Below, in pieces: positions 24,838 through 36,342 of a DNA stretch of 64,000 nt. A program made the position numbers and the translations under genes. The stretch is from assembly GCF_030684315.1 (NCBI RefSeq), contig NC_081369.1:9710035-9774034 (forward strand). Reading direction: 5' to 3'. Every line of letters starts with the position of its first letter. The first letter of the stretch is position 1. The notes under the pieces were generated by a model. It saw only the letters and a list, made by a program, of their open reading frames with translations, was not told the origin of the DNA and did not search any database. This stretch comes from Stegostoma tigrinum. Its lineage: Eukaryota.

Positions 24838-27074
24838 CTATCAGAAATTTTGCCATTCTGGCCACGCATTACATTGCCGCAAAAGCCCTCCCTGATGCGG
24901 TTTTCGTCACTCACCAGATGCTAAAATGTACGGCGAGACGACAGTCACTACGAGTAGTACAGAAATTGGAGGAGGCAAGCAGGACGGAAATGTGGGTACG
25001 CTTAGAAGTTAATAGAGGTCACATCTTCAAATGCGTGTTTGTGAAATAAAGTTGTTCAATGGGAGGCAGAAACATTAAATGAAGTTTTGATAGAATGGCG
25101 ATAATGGAGGCTCGGTCATGTAACGTTACGAATAGAGAGTTAATGTTCCAGCTTACAATGAATTCGGAAAACATGAAGATGGAAAAGAGATGTGCAGCAG
25201 CCATGCTCACATTGTTAGGGAACTACTTTTATTTTATTTAAATTGGAAATTCAAAAAAGGATTCAATTTACGGGACAGTAAGGAACAATGGATGTATCAA
25301 TTTTGCTCCTGTTGGACACCAACAAGTTTATTAAGGCAGAGTGAGCCTGCAGGCAAATTGATGTATGGTACAAAGACTAGAGTCGCGATGATTGGGTTTC
25401 TTGTGATCCAGCACGGATTTGAAAGTGGTATCAGTGTAAAGAGGAACATACCCTTTAAAATGAGCAAAAGTGGGCATTTCAACCCTTCCGACTTGCTGTA
25501 AATCACATAGGACGTACCTGTGCTCCCTCCCCCCCACTTCACCTGCAGCATTATCTTGATTATCGGTTGAAATCGTTAATATCTAGAAATCTACATCAAC
25601 TTTGCATTGAATACACTCGATTATTGAGCCTCCATAGTCCTTGGTTAGAGAACTCTACCTCTTTGACATGTCTGTACAGATAAATTCCATCTCATCTCAC
25701 TCCTAAATGACATGATTCGTGTTCTGAAGCGGTGGTCCTAGTTCCAGCCACTTCCTTGCAACAACTACTATGTATCCCCTAGAAATAATTTTGTATACTT
25801 CAATCAGATCACCCCTTATTCAAAGTTCTTGAGAATATTTTGCCAGTCTCCTCAATTTCTTTCTCACAGGGCAATCTTACCACCTCAGAGAACTGTCAGA
25901 TGAACTGTCATTGTACTCTTTCTATTGCAACCATATCCTTCTTCAGGTAGGGAACCAAAGGTGTACACAATACTCCATGTGCAATCTAACAAAGCTTCTA
26001 TACAATTGCAGAAAAATATTTCTTTAGCCCTCTTTGAAGACATGTATCTCACCAAAAAGTTTACTGAAATATTAAGTATAGAAGCAGAAGTGGTTATAGA
26101 GGAAGGGATCAAAGGTAATTGGAGGTAGATTAAATATATACCATTTAACTTATCCTTGGATTGTTGTTGAGCTGTAGGTTACCATATAACCACTTACTCC
26201 GAGTCAGATTGCGAAGGTGAAAGCGAAACTTCATGTTAAACTCTGCAATTGAAGTGATTAAATGGCACCTACAAATTTTGTTACAAGATTTTGTTTTTTC
26301 AAAACCGATTCAGGAAAATTACAGGGAGCAAAATCTGGGAGTTCCAGTTGACCTGACGATGCTGACACAGTGGCCTGATTATGGCGTCCTGCAAAATAGA
26401 AATAAGCTACTAATTGACTGACATGTATTTGTAGCATTTTTAGTTGAAATCTCAACACATCATTGCTTTGGTAATGGGTGTAATTAGTGGTGACAGCTCA
26501 ATGTCATTGGTTTATTTGACAAATGAACAATTTCCAAAAAGAGAATTTGGAATTCTTCAGGAAAAATCAACACTCAAAGAAGGGGTTAAATTGGTTAGTA
26601 AATAAATATTTCAATTGGAATTTGTTGAATTAATAAACATTAATTTTGCCATTATCGGAAGTTGACAGGATTTGTTGAAACACATGACCTTTTTGTTACA
26701 ATCTGCAAAAGACTTGATTATGCTCTATATTAAAGTTTACATCATTGATCTATAACAAAAATAAGATCCCAGTGTTAAATACTGCGGAACCGTACTGGTA
26801 AGTCTTTCAGACAGAAAAGCTCCCCAGCAGACAGCCAATTTGGCCTTTAATTGTTAGGGCAATCTTTTGATTCCAACTTGACGAAGCAATGAATGGAGTG
26901 TTGCGGAAAAATGTATAAGTGGAAGGCCATCTCTGAATTAATTGTTCATTCAGGGAATTTTATAATAAGCTGCTATCAGAAAGTACATTTCAAGTTTGTT
27001 AAATTGACAGATCCAAAGCATGGAGAAGAAAGTGGAAACCCTTCAAAGCACTTCCCACCCAGACGCACCATATG

Positions 27075-27270
27075 CCACTCTGCACAAGGGGCAATTTAGC
27101 ATGGCTAATCAACGTAACCTGTACATCTTCAGAATGTGGGAGAGAATCTACGCAAACACAGAGAGAACCTGTAAACTCCACATGGACACGTGCCCAAGGC
27201 TAGAATTGAACCTAAGTGTCTGGGGCTGTAAGGCAGCAGTGCTAACCATAGAGCCAGTGTACCACCCATA
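27075..27270 (-). mobile_element. V-SINE (HE1-like) fragment
   Basis: Reverse-complement similarity to 1592-1790. Confidence 0.65.
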
Positions 27271-27942
27271 ATTCTGCGAGCTAATGCCACACTGGTGCAA
27301 GCTTTTTTTTCGTTCTTAAACCAATCATCTACTAATTGATGGTTAGTGATGTTTAGCTTTGTGAGCAAATCTGGAGGGATGGAATTAGCTTCTCCTTGTT
27401 GTTGGAGTTAGCGGTATCCTGGATATAGCTCATGGAGTTATAATATTTCGTACTGCTAAAGAGTTCCTAAACATTTTACAAGATACAGTAGAATATGAGA
27501 GGGAATCTTGAGGAGGGGGGACAGGCTTCTAACCCAGAAGTGGTCTATTTATGTCTGTTTTCTTACCTTTAACCATTCGTCTATATATATCAGCATGTTG
27601 CCCTCATCCATTGTGGCGTAATTTTGTTTCCCAACCTTTTGTTTGGGATCTTATCGAAAGCCTTCTGAAAGTCTGAATACAAAACATCCACATTGTTCAC
27701 TCTGTGATAATGTCTAATTGGTTTGTCAAGCCATATTATTTCCCTCTATGCACTCATATCATTGCTCTCTAAGAGCCAAGTAATCATATCTTTTATTTCA
27801 GTGCCTCGATTTTTCATACTTTGCCATCGGGCTAACAGATCTGAAGTTTCGTGCTTCTCCTTTCCAAAACAATAGAGTTATATTTGTAACCATCCAATCT
27901 ACAAGGATTATTCTAAATTCAGCAGTACCTTAACATTACAAG

Positions 27943-28590
27943 TGTAACGATGCTATCACTTTTTAAAGGGTTTTTGTTTTATCCTGTTTTTTTTGCAGAG
28001 ATGTTGTAAAGGCAGAGGTGCCAATGAGTCTATGGAGCTAGAAAGTTTAAAAAGGGAAGGGGAACAGCTAGTTCTCCTACTTGAAAGTTTTCTAGTTTTT
28101 TTCAGCTGTAGCAGTCACTCCATGTTTTGAGGCCAGAAGAGCAGTAAGCTTCAGACAAGGATTACCAACTGTGCCAGAGAACTGACTTTCTCTGAAATCT
28201 CTCTGGATGTTGTTTCCTGCTGCATGTAAGAATCCATATTTGAACTTACCTCTTTACCAACAGGTGTGTTTATGGAATGTTACTATATTGGAACAGTTAT
28301 TTAGTTAAGTTATTCTAAATACCTGAAGAAGGGTTTCAGCCCAAAACATTGACTTTCACGCTCATCAGATGCTGTCTGATCTGCTGTGCTTTTCCAGTTT
28401 CACATATATTCATTGTAAATTCCACTTTCTTTTGCTTGCATTTCAGCCATAGTGTTTCAATAAATGCTGTTTTTCTTAAAGCTGTAAGGTTTGACCCGTT
28501 ACATCACACCTACCCTTAAAATAAGAAAAAAGATAGCATCTTGGCTACCTTCTTAAAACATTTTGGGAGGGTCTACCCTGATCCATGACA
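27943..28590. mobile_element. Solo LTR (Gypsy-like) inserted in an old CR1
   Basis: TGTAAC...ATGACA termini, 4-bp TSD CAAG (27939-27942 and 28591-28594), internal AATAAA; CR1 sequence continues on both sides. Confidence 0.7.
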
Positions 28591-29459
28591 CAAGCAATGC
28601 ATCCACCATCACTAAAGTGGCCTCTTTTAACGCTCTAATTAGGTCTCTGGGATTTAACAAATCCCAACAAATTTCAAATTTTCCCAACACTACGTTTTTA
28701 GCAGTACTAACACGTTGCCACCAGTCTCTTGGCTCTCCATTGCTTTTGGGAGATTTCTTGTATCTTTCTCCACGAAGACAGTCAAAGTTTCTCAGTCTTT
28801 TTCCGAATTTCCTATTACACATTCCAATCACTCCCTGGAGAACATTCCCTTTGCTAATATTATTTCCCCCCCTTTATTTTAGATATCCCTAGAATCTTGT
28901 AATGCCTGATTTTATGTTCAGCATCAGTTTAAAAATTGTTACTAAAAACAACTTTGTAAACTTTCAGCCACATTATAAGATTATCCTGACAGTAGGAACT
29001 GCTGATATAACAAGGTGTAGAGCTGGATGAACACAGCAGGCCAATCAGCATCAGAGGAGCAGGAAAGCTGACGTTTCGGGTCTAGACCCTTCTTTAGAAA
29101 TGGGGGAAGGGAAGGGGATTCAAATAAGTAGGGACAGAGGTGGAAGCAGATAGAAGCTGGATAAAGGAGAAGATAGGTGGAGAGGAGACAGATAGGTCAA
29201 AGAGGCGGACTTCACAAGCTTCAAAATCTCCCCTCCCCGACCGATCCCAAAACCAGACCAGCTCATCCCCGCCTCCCTAAGCTGTCCTTCCTCCCACCTA
29301 TCCACTCTTCCCACCTCAAGCCCCACCCCCATCTCCTACCCACTAACCTCATCCCGCCTCCTTGACCTGTCCGTCCTCCCTGGACCGACCTATCCCTTCC
29401 CCTACTCCCCACCTACACTCACCTTTACTGGCTCCAACCCTACCTTTTTGGCAGACTCT

Positions 29460-29900
29460 CCAATCTGACTTTATATAATGGAAAAATGTTCTTCTCGCCA
29501 TGACCTCCACGTTTGAATCCTTTTCTGGAAACACTCTTTCTAAATTACATATCTCCTCATCTGTCGCTATCAGGGATTGACTCACTCGGTATCTCTTAAA
29601 ATCTTAGTATCTTTACCTGCTCCTACTGGCTCACATAAATAAACTTCACCCACGTAAGTAAATTTGTTAAAGAGATCTGGCTCTTTCTCCTCAACCAACC
29701 TCGCATCAGGTTGTAGAGGAGATAATGGGAACTGCAGATGCTGGAGAATTCCAAGATAATAAAATGTGAGGCTGGATGAACTCAGCAGGCCAAGATGCTG
29801 CTTGGCCTGCTGTGTTCATCCAGCCTCACATTTTATTATCTCGCATCAGGTTGTACATCCTTTATAAGCGTTTTAGCTTCTATTTTGCTTACCATTATCA
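29460..29900 (-). mobile_element. Gypsy protease-region relic with nested hairpin mini-insertion (29716-29839)
   Basis: ...KILRDT...SQSL aspartic-protease-like motif; nested piece has TSD ctcgcatcaggttgta (29700-29715 and 29840-29855). Confidence 0.55.
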
Positions 29901-30604
29901 ATTCAAAACATCTCACTTTCTTTTATGGTTTTAATGTTTTTATTTAGAAGATATAATTGTCCACGTCCCTGTAGAAAATGGCTGCACATTTTTAATCAAG
30001 CCTGATTGATGGAAATGAGTTATGCGGAAGCCAGAGCTATTCTGTTGGCTCCACAGCACATTCCAGGGTGCAAGGCGCGTCTTAGCTGAATGTCATAATT
30101 CAGTTTCCTGTCCGGCTACAAACACTTAGCTCAATAGCTTCACCGGTATTTTGATGAAATTAGAAAGTTAAAAAAAGAAGTCTGAATGACCTTTTACGTT
30201 AACTTTATTCTAAAGGTAGTTGAACAGCATGAAGCCAAAACTGGCTAAGTTTTATTGAGCACCAACGTTGTTTTCAGGAATGTGGCTTCATGTATAAAGT
30301 ACAAATCAAGTGCCATTTGTCTTTTTTTGGCCTTCACCCAAAGTGATTTCACCTTTGCTAATATTTAAACATTGGTTAAACGCTACAATGCACTACCACG
30401 GAATTGCATTCTTTTTTGGTCTCAGATGTTATTAAGTTAAAAACTGCAGTTTTAGCGAACATTATTGGGAAACGTCAACGACATTTTTTAACTTAGGAGG
30501 TTGCATTTCTCGTTACATATCTGCAAAGAGTTTGTATTGATGCAGATGATCATTTTTCAAAACTCTTGTTTGTCATTCACATATATGGCTCAAATGGATC
30601 AGGA

Positions 30605-31062
30605 CTATTGTGGTTCATTAGCTTGATGAGCTGGTTCGTTGTTCCGCAGACATTTCATTACCCCGCTGGGTAACATCATCAGTGCAGCCTCTGACGAAGA
30701 GCTGTTGGGTTTTCCTGCCTGTTATTTCGACTCTGGCGTCCGTTGAGTTGGGTTACCTCACTTCCGGTTTCCTCAGCAGTGGAGCATATATAGGATTTAC
30801 CACTTCTTAGTGGGGAACCAGGCCTTTAGGAATTCCTGCGCTTGTCTCTGCTTGGCCAGTCCGAGGACAAATTGGCGCTTTTCCTTATCCATGTGGATGA
30901 AGATGAGTGAATTTGGTCGTGTCTTTTTGTTGCTAGTTGACACTCGTGTACTCTTGTGGCTAATTTTCTTCCTGTCTATCCAATGTAATGTTTGTCGCAG
31001 TCTTTGCAAGAGATCTTGTATATCATGTTGGTCCTGTCCGTAGTGGGTAGCTTTATCATCAA
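30605..31062 (-). mobile_element. Poseidon-like PLE 3' fragment with hammerhead motif
   Basis: QEFLKAWF GIY-YIG C-terminus; ctgatgatgttacccagcggggtaatgaaatgtc at 30649-30682 (-). Confidence 0.75.
30649..30682 (-). ncRNA. Hammerhead motif of the second PLE family (different stem II)
   Basis: CUGAUGA-U-GUUACCC/GGGUAAU stem II-GAAAU-GUC. Confidence 0.65.
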
Positions 31063-32720
31063 TCACTTCATTAATAGTGTCATCATGCCATTACATGGCT
31101 CCACCCTCATGCTGCTACATCTGATCAGTACCCTTTGGGGAGAGTAATTATCACTCAAGGCAATAATGACAGCTTTAAAAAAGTGTTGAGGTGAACAAAT
31201 AAAAAAAACGCAATGCCACAGATGAAATAAAAACCATGAGACACACATTGTCCGCTTGCTGCAATTAGCTGTTCACTTCTGGCTGCCCCGACATTCTTTC
31301 GGACCAGAACTATTGTGGATACAGGCTACTGGTCTTGTTCTAGTACACTATGTGCCAATAATAGATTAACTTTAAGTTGTGCAGGCCTTCAGGGATATGG
31401 CAGAGGCCTGGTCAAATGTATCTGCGAGTGAGTCTGTGTTTGTAGTAATTGCAGGAATCAACGTTGGTTTCACATTAAGAAGGGCTGAGGGTTGCCACCA
31501 AACCTGGATGTGTCACAAACAGCTCCCAATACCTTCAGATATTCAATTTGTGTTTGCTTCATGGCTAACTGTGTGCCCGGCTGAAAGTAAGTGAATTGCT
31601 CCCTCCCAGCAGGTTATATATCTTTGAGCTATTGTGCCAATTTAGCATTCAATGCTGCTCAAAGTTGATGTCACACGATGGCCTGCAGTGTGGACACTCT
31701 GCATGAAAACAGTGAGCTGCTACATATGGAGGATCACCACTGCAGCTAGAGACCTGTGGACAATTCTGTCATGTTTGGGTACATACTGCTCCACGCTGTG
31801 TTATTTCTGACTCCAGCATCTGTAGTTCTTACTATCTCTGTCTAACATGGTTCTGTCCAATACTTCTGCTTATCATGTTGGCTTGAATGCTTCTGCTTCC
31901 GTCGATACCGCCGTCGTGACATTACATTTAAACTTAGTTACAAATGATTCGACAATAATGCCTGATGTTCTTGCATGAATCATCTGGCTATAAATCAATG
32001 CAGAAATATTTTGAAGTTTGTCAAATGGAAATGTAAGAAAAAAGTATTTCTACAGCAGTTGGTCGTTAATGGTCATATCACTTCGTGCTTCGTTAAAAAT
32101 TTCGCTGCGAGTTCGAACATCGCTGATAAAAATAGACCAATTAAGCATAGTAGCATATTTTCTTAGCTAGTTACACTCTCGCTTGGAAGAAACAAAAATC
32201 TTTTGGAGTGCGTTGCTGTAATTGAATGAAAAGTCATAGCCCTCTTCCAAGCTTTAAGAGAATGCAGTGCCCTCTGGTGGAAAAGTGGAAAGACGCAAGT
32301 GTTAGGATATTTGCTAATCAATATGTTCAGCGATATTATTTACATCACGGACCAGGTAGGACTTGAACGCGGGCGTCCTGACTCAGAGTTAGGGACATTA
32401 CTACTGCACCACAAGAGCGTAAAGATTACTATTGTCTCTGTAACCCTACTCATTGAGTTCAATAAACTGTCGGTATGATAGTCTTAGCAAAGCGGTGCAA
32501 GATTAAAATAACGAATTGGTTAATCTCCCGGGATTTTGCACGGGTCAGAAATTATGATTATTGTTAAATTTGCTTTTGCTATCTTTCATGTCACAAATTG
32601 TCTCTGACTCTGCTTTTGCTTCACTTTTGCATTTCTTATTTGTCTCTTCATTCCTTAGCATCTCCGTCTTGGGGATAAGCGGAGTGTGAAAGGCTTAGAT
32701 GGGCAATTCTTAAAATATAT

Positions 32721-32891
32721 TCAGATGTCACACGACACCAGGTTATAGTCCAATAGTTTTTTTTGTTTGAAATCTCAAGCTTTCCGAGTGCTGTTCCTTA
32801 GTCACTTAACCTGACGAATGAGCAGTGCTGAGAAAGCTTGTGATTTCATTTAAACCTGTTGGACTATAATCTGACGTCGTGTGACATCTGA
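32721..32891. repeat. ~170-bp palindromic element (inverted dimer of a third PLE-type terminus)
   Basis: tcagatgtcacacgac...gtcgtgtgacatctga self-complementary; central ctgacga-(gagcagtgct)-gaaagc hammerhead-like core. Confidence 0.75.
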
Positions 32892-33189
32892 CTTTGTCCA
32901 TCCCAATGCAACAGCGAGGGTCTAGGCCCGAAACGTCAGCTTTTGTGCTCCTGAGATGCTGCTTGGCCTGCTGTGTTCATCCAGCCTCACATTTTATTAC
33001 CAATGCAACAGCGACACTTCCATACCATAACATATATTCGGGAGAGCAATTAGGGCTGGACTAGAAAGTCTAATAAAGGGGGTTGGGGGTGCCGGTGCCG
33101 GGGGGAGGGGGGAAGCGTTTTGGCGGGGGATGGTGGAGGGGAGGTGCGATGCTGAACCTAATTTTACACAAAGAAGCTGAACAAGTAGC

Positions 33190-34060
33190 ACGTGTCAGTG
33201 GAGGCACTTTTCGGTGATAGTGATTATAATTCAGTACGATTTAACGTAATTATACATAAGGACAAAGATAGGCCTAAAAGAGAGGCGCTGAATTGGATGC
33301 AGGCCGATTTTAAAAAGACAATACAAGATCTGGCCGAAGTTGGCTCTGATCAATTGCTTGCAGTAAAATCCACATCAGATTACTAGGAGTCAGAAATAAT
33401 AATAACAGGAATAATAGAAGGGCGAGATCACGATTTCAGAGAACCGAGAATGTTGTGCACGTTCAGGTTTGAAGAACGAAGACGGAAGGACGTTTATGCT
33501 ACACAGAGCCCCCGTAGATGCCCTACAGGGGTATAGGCAATGCAGAGAATTACTTAAATAAATAAATCAGGAGATAGGACAGCGACATGAAAAAAAAATC
33601 ATCTGCGGTTAACATTGTGGAATGTCCATAAGTATTTGTAGGTCAATTTGGGGATATCCAGGGAAAGAGTCGGCCCCATTAAAGACGCAAGTGGTAATGT
33701 ATGTGCCGAGCCTGAGGACATAGCGGTGATTTAAAATGTGTACTTTGCGTCTGTATTTACTACAAGAGACTAACGATGTGGGTATAGAAATCGCAGGCTG
33801 CATCTGTGATGTACGTGAAAAAGTAGCATTGGGAAGGAATAGTTACTAGCAATAGCAGCAAGCATGTGCGTGAATAAATCCCTAGGCCCAGTTAGATATA
33901 TCCAGGCTGCTATGGTAGGCAAGGGACGGGCTTTCAGAGGTTCTGATATTAAGGACGACTCATGTGGTTTCATTACTCAAGAACGGTGCCAGGAATAGAC
34001 TACTAGCCAGAAAGTCTAACATCAAATAATGGGGAAACCATTGCGAATGATTCTGAGGTC
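33190..34060 (+). mobile_element. Degenerate CR1 LINE fragment
   Basis: FGDSDYNSVRF...LNWMQADF endonuclease/RT linker motifs. Confidence 0.7.
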
Positions 34061-34137
34061 CAGCAAGAATATAAAATGTAAATGTGAGCTAAAGGCTTAA
34101 ATTATTTTTCTCTATTTTTGATAATTTTGACATCTAC

Positions 34138-34432
34138 CTGTGGAATGAAAAGTAGGGCTGGCGCTGGCTGGGACCAGGACAGAGTCGTGAGGTACGAGAC
34201 ACGAATAAACAGGGTCGATTTGGATGTGTCGTCACAGAGCTGGTGGCTTCATAAAGCCCATCAGAGTTCTGTTATATAATGGTCTGCTCGTCGATCAGAA
34301 TATCCTCATTTTTGTACCCAGAAATTTCAACTTTCTCTGGGTAAAATTCAGCTGTGTTACACACGAGCAACGGAGAAGTGGATGAACCATCACCAGGTGC
34401 AGAAGAGATCACCTTTAGCGGAGCTGGGGGTG
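34138..34432 (-). pseudogene. Orphan degenerate C1 domain exon (copy 3)
   Basis: ctccttcag| APPAPLKVISSAPGDGSSTSPLLVCNTAEFYPEKVEISGYKNEDILIDEQTII*QNSDGLYEATSSVTTHPN/DPVYSCLVPHDSVLVPASASPTFHST G|gtagat. C-x3-EFYPE and YSCLVxH C1 motifs; one stop, one frameshift. Confidence 0.85.
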
Positions 34433-35389
34433 CTGAAGGAGATTTAAAATAACATTATGCTACTTATATTCATTTCCTTATTGCACTCGAATATATCTTC
34501 GGGAGAGTTTTCAAAATAATTTATTTGAAGTATTTTAATTTTCCTCCTTTGTGTTTAATTTTATTAATTTTTCTTGCTCTCAAGATTCTGTCTGATACCT
34601 TATATGATTCATCAAAACATGTCTGACTCTTAAATAGAATATTTTCTGAAGAAGGTCCCAGACCCGGAATTTCGGCTTTCCTGCTCCGCTGGTGCTGCCT
34701 GGCCTGCTGTGTTCATCCAGATCAACACCTTGTTGTCTCTTAAATACCCGTCTTCCATATCTGGATTAAATTGATGGATGCAACAAAAGTGTCCCACTCA
34801 GTGAGTCACAAATCCTACTTGTGGTGATGGGTAGGAAAACCACGTACATTTCTGCGCCATACCCACCAACCCCATTTGGCACCTGGTTTCATTTCGTACA
34901 GGTTTGTTTTTATTCTGTATATAATGTAAATGCTGCAGTCAAAACATGAAACATTTCATGGATTTTATACTATCAGGAATTTTAAAACTCGAGAAAATAA
35001 ATGCTAAATATATTTACTACTTTAAAAAGTCGACGGAAAAAACTTCATTTTGTCAAATCTTAAAAACTTATGGCACAGAAGTAGAGTTTGGCTTTCTGTA
35101 TGCCAAGCAACTTTCTGCAAGAAATATTCTTCTACCCTTCAGTTTGGTTCCATTTTCACTTGTATTTCAGATTTCTGTAGCAAGTTCACTTGTATTTTTA
35201 GAAGGCTTTCAATGAGGTCTCCCATAATACAGTAGACAGGTATTGGAAAAGCTTCTCTATTGATGATTTCAGCTGTATTACCAAATGATTCTCTTAAAGG
35301 CATATGAGTTCAACATATGTACAAAGATAACAAAGTGTGGAGCTGAATGAACACAGCAGGCCAAACAGCATCTTAGGAGCACAAAAGCT

Positions 35390-35417
35390 GACGTTTCGGG
35401 CCTAGGCCCTTCATCAG
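35390..35417 (-). ncRNA. Minimal hammerhead ribozyme motif
   Basis: Reverse complement ctgatgaagggcctaggcccgaaacgtc with fully palindromic stem II. Confidence 0.75.
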
Positions 35418-35512
35418 AAAAGGGGTGGGGGGAGGGTTCTGAAATAAACAGGGAGAGAGGGGGAGGCGGATCAAAGGTGGATAGAGGAGAAGATAGGGAG
35501 AGAGGAGACAGA

Positions 35513-36342
35513 CATAGAACATAGAACATAGAACATAGAACAGTACAGCACAGAACAGGCCCTTCAGCCCACAATGTTGTGCCGACCATTGATCCTCATG
35601 GATGCACCCTCAAATTTCTGTGACCATATGCATGTCCAGCAGTCTCTTAAATGACCCCAATGACCTTGCTTCCACAACTGCTGCTGGCAACGCATTCCAT
35701 GCTCTCACAACTCTCTGCGTAAAGAACCTGCCTCTGACATCCCCTCTATACTTTCCACCAACCAGCTTAAAACTATGACCCCTCGTGCTAGCCATTTCTG
35801 CCCTGGGAAATAGTCTCTGGCTATCGACTCTATCTATGCCTCTCATTATCTTGTATACCTCAATTAGGTCCCCTCTCCTCCTCCTTTTCTCCAATGAAAA
35901 GAGACCGAGCTCAGTCAACCTCTCTTCATAAGATAAGCCCTCCAGTCCAGGCAGCATCCTGGTAAACCTCCTCTGAACCCTCTCCAAAGCATCCACATCT
36001 TTCCTATAATAGGGCGCCCAGAACTGGACGCAGTATTCCAAGTGCGGTCTAACCAAAGTTTTATAGAGCTGCAACAAGATCTCACGACTCTTAAACTCAA
36101 TCCCCCTGTTAATGAAAGCCAAAACACCATATGCTTTCTTAACAACCCTGTCCACTTGGGTGGCCATTTTAAGGGATCTATGTATCTGCACACCAAGATC
36201 CCTCTGTTCCTCCACGCTGCCAAGAATCCTATCCTTAATCCTGTACTCAGCTTTCAAATTCGACCTTCCAAAATGCATCACCTCGCATTTATCCAGGTTG
36301 AACTCCATCTGCCACCTCTCAGCCCATCTCTGCATCCTGTCA
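35513..36342 (-). mobile_element. Young 5'-truncated CR1 LINE
   Basis: 241-aa open RT C-terminus (WQMEFN...LVRPHLEYCVQFW...RGDLIEVYKI...FFTQRVV) and (TTCTATG)n tail at 35513-35540. Confidence 0.95.

Larger units (their letters stand above)
17920..26155 (+). repeat. Old direct duplication: 17920-18352 vs 25742-26155
   Basis: Both share the same CR1 fragment and the same downstream junction (tctttagccct-tttgaagacatg...atttaacttatc). Confidence 0.7.

Noticed and set aside
34862-34932. Possible 3' remnant of the V exon for copy 3 (RNETRCQ...|gtatgg)
   Set aside because: Too short, and no YxC motif.
35513-35545. (CATAGAA)n short tandem repeats, also at ~50138
   Set aside because: Standard CR1 3' microsatellite tails; not CRISPR or satellite.
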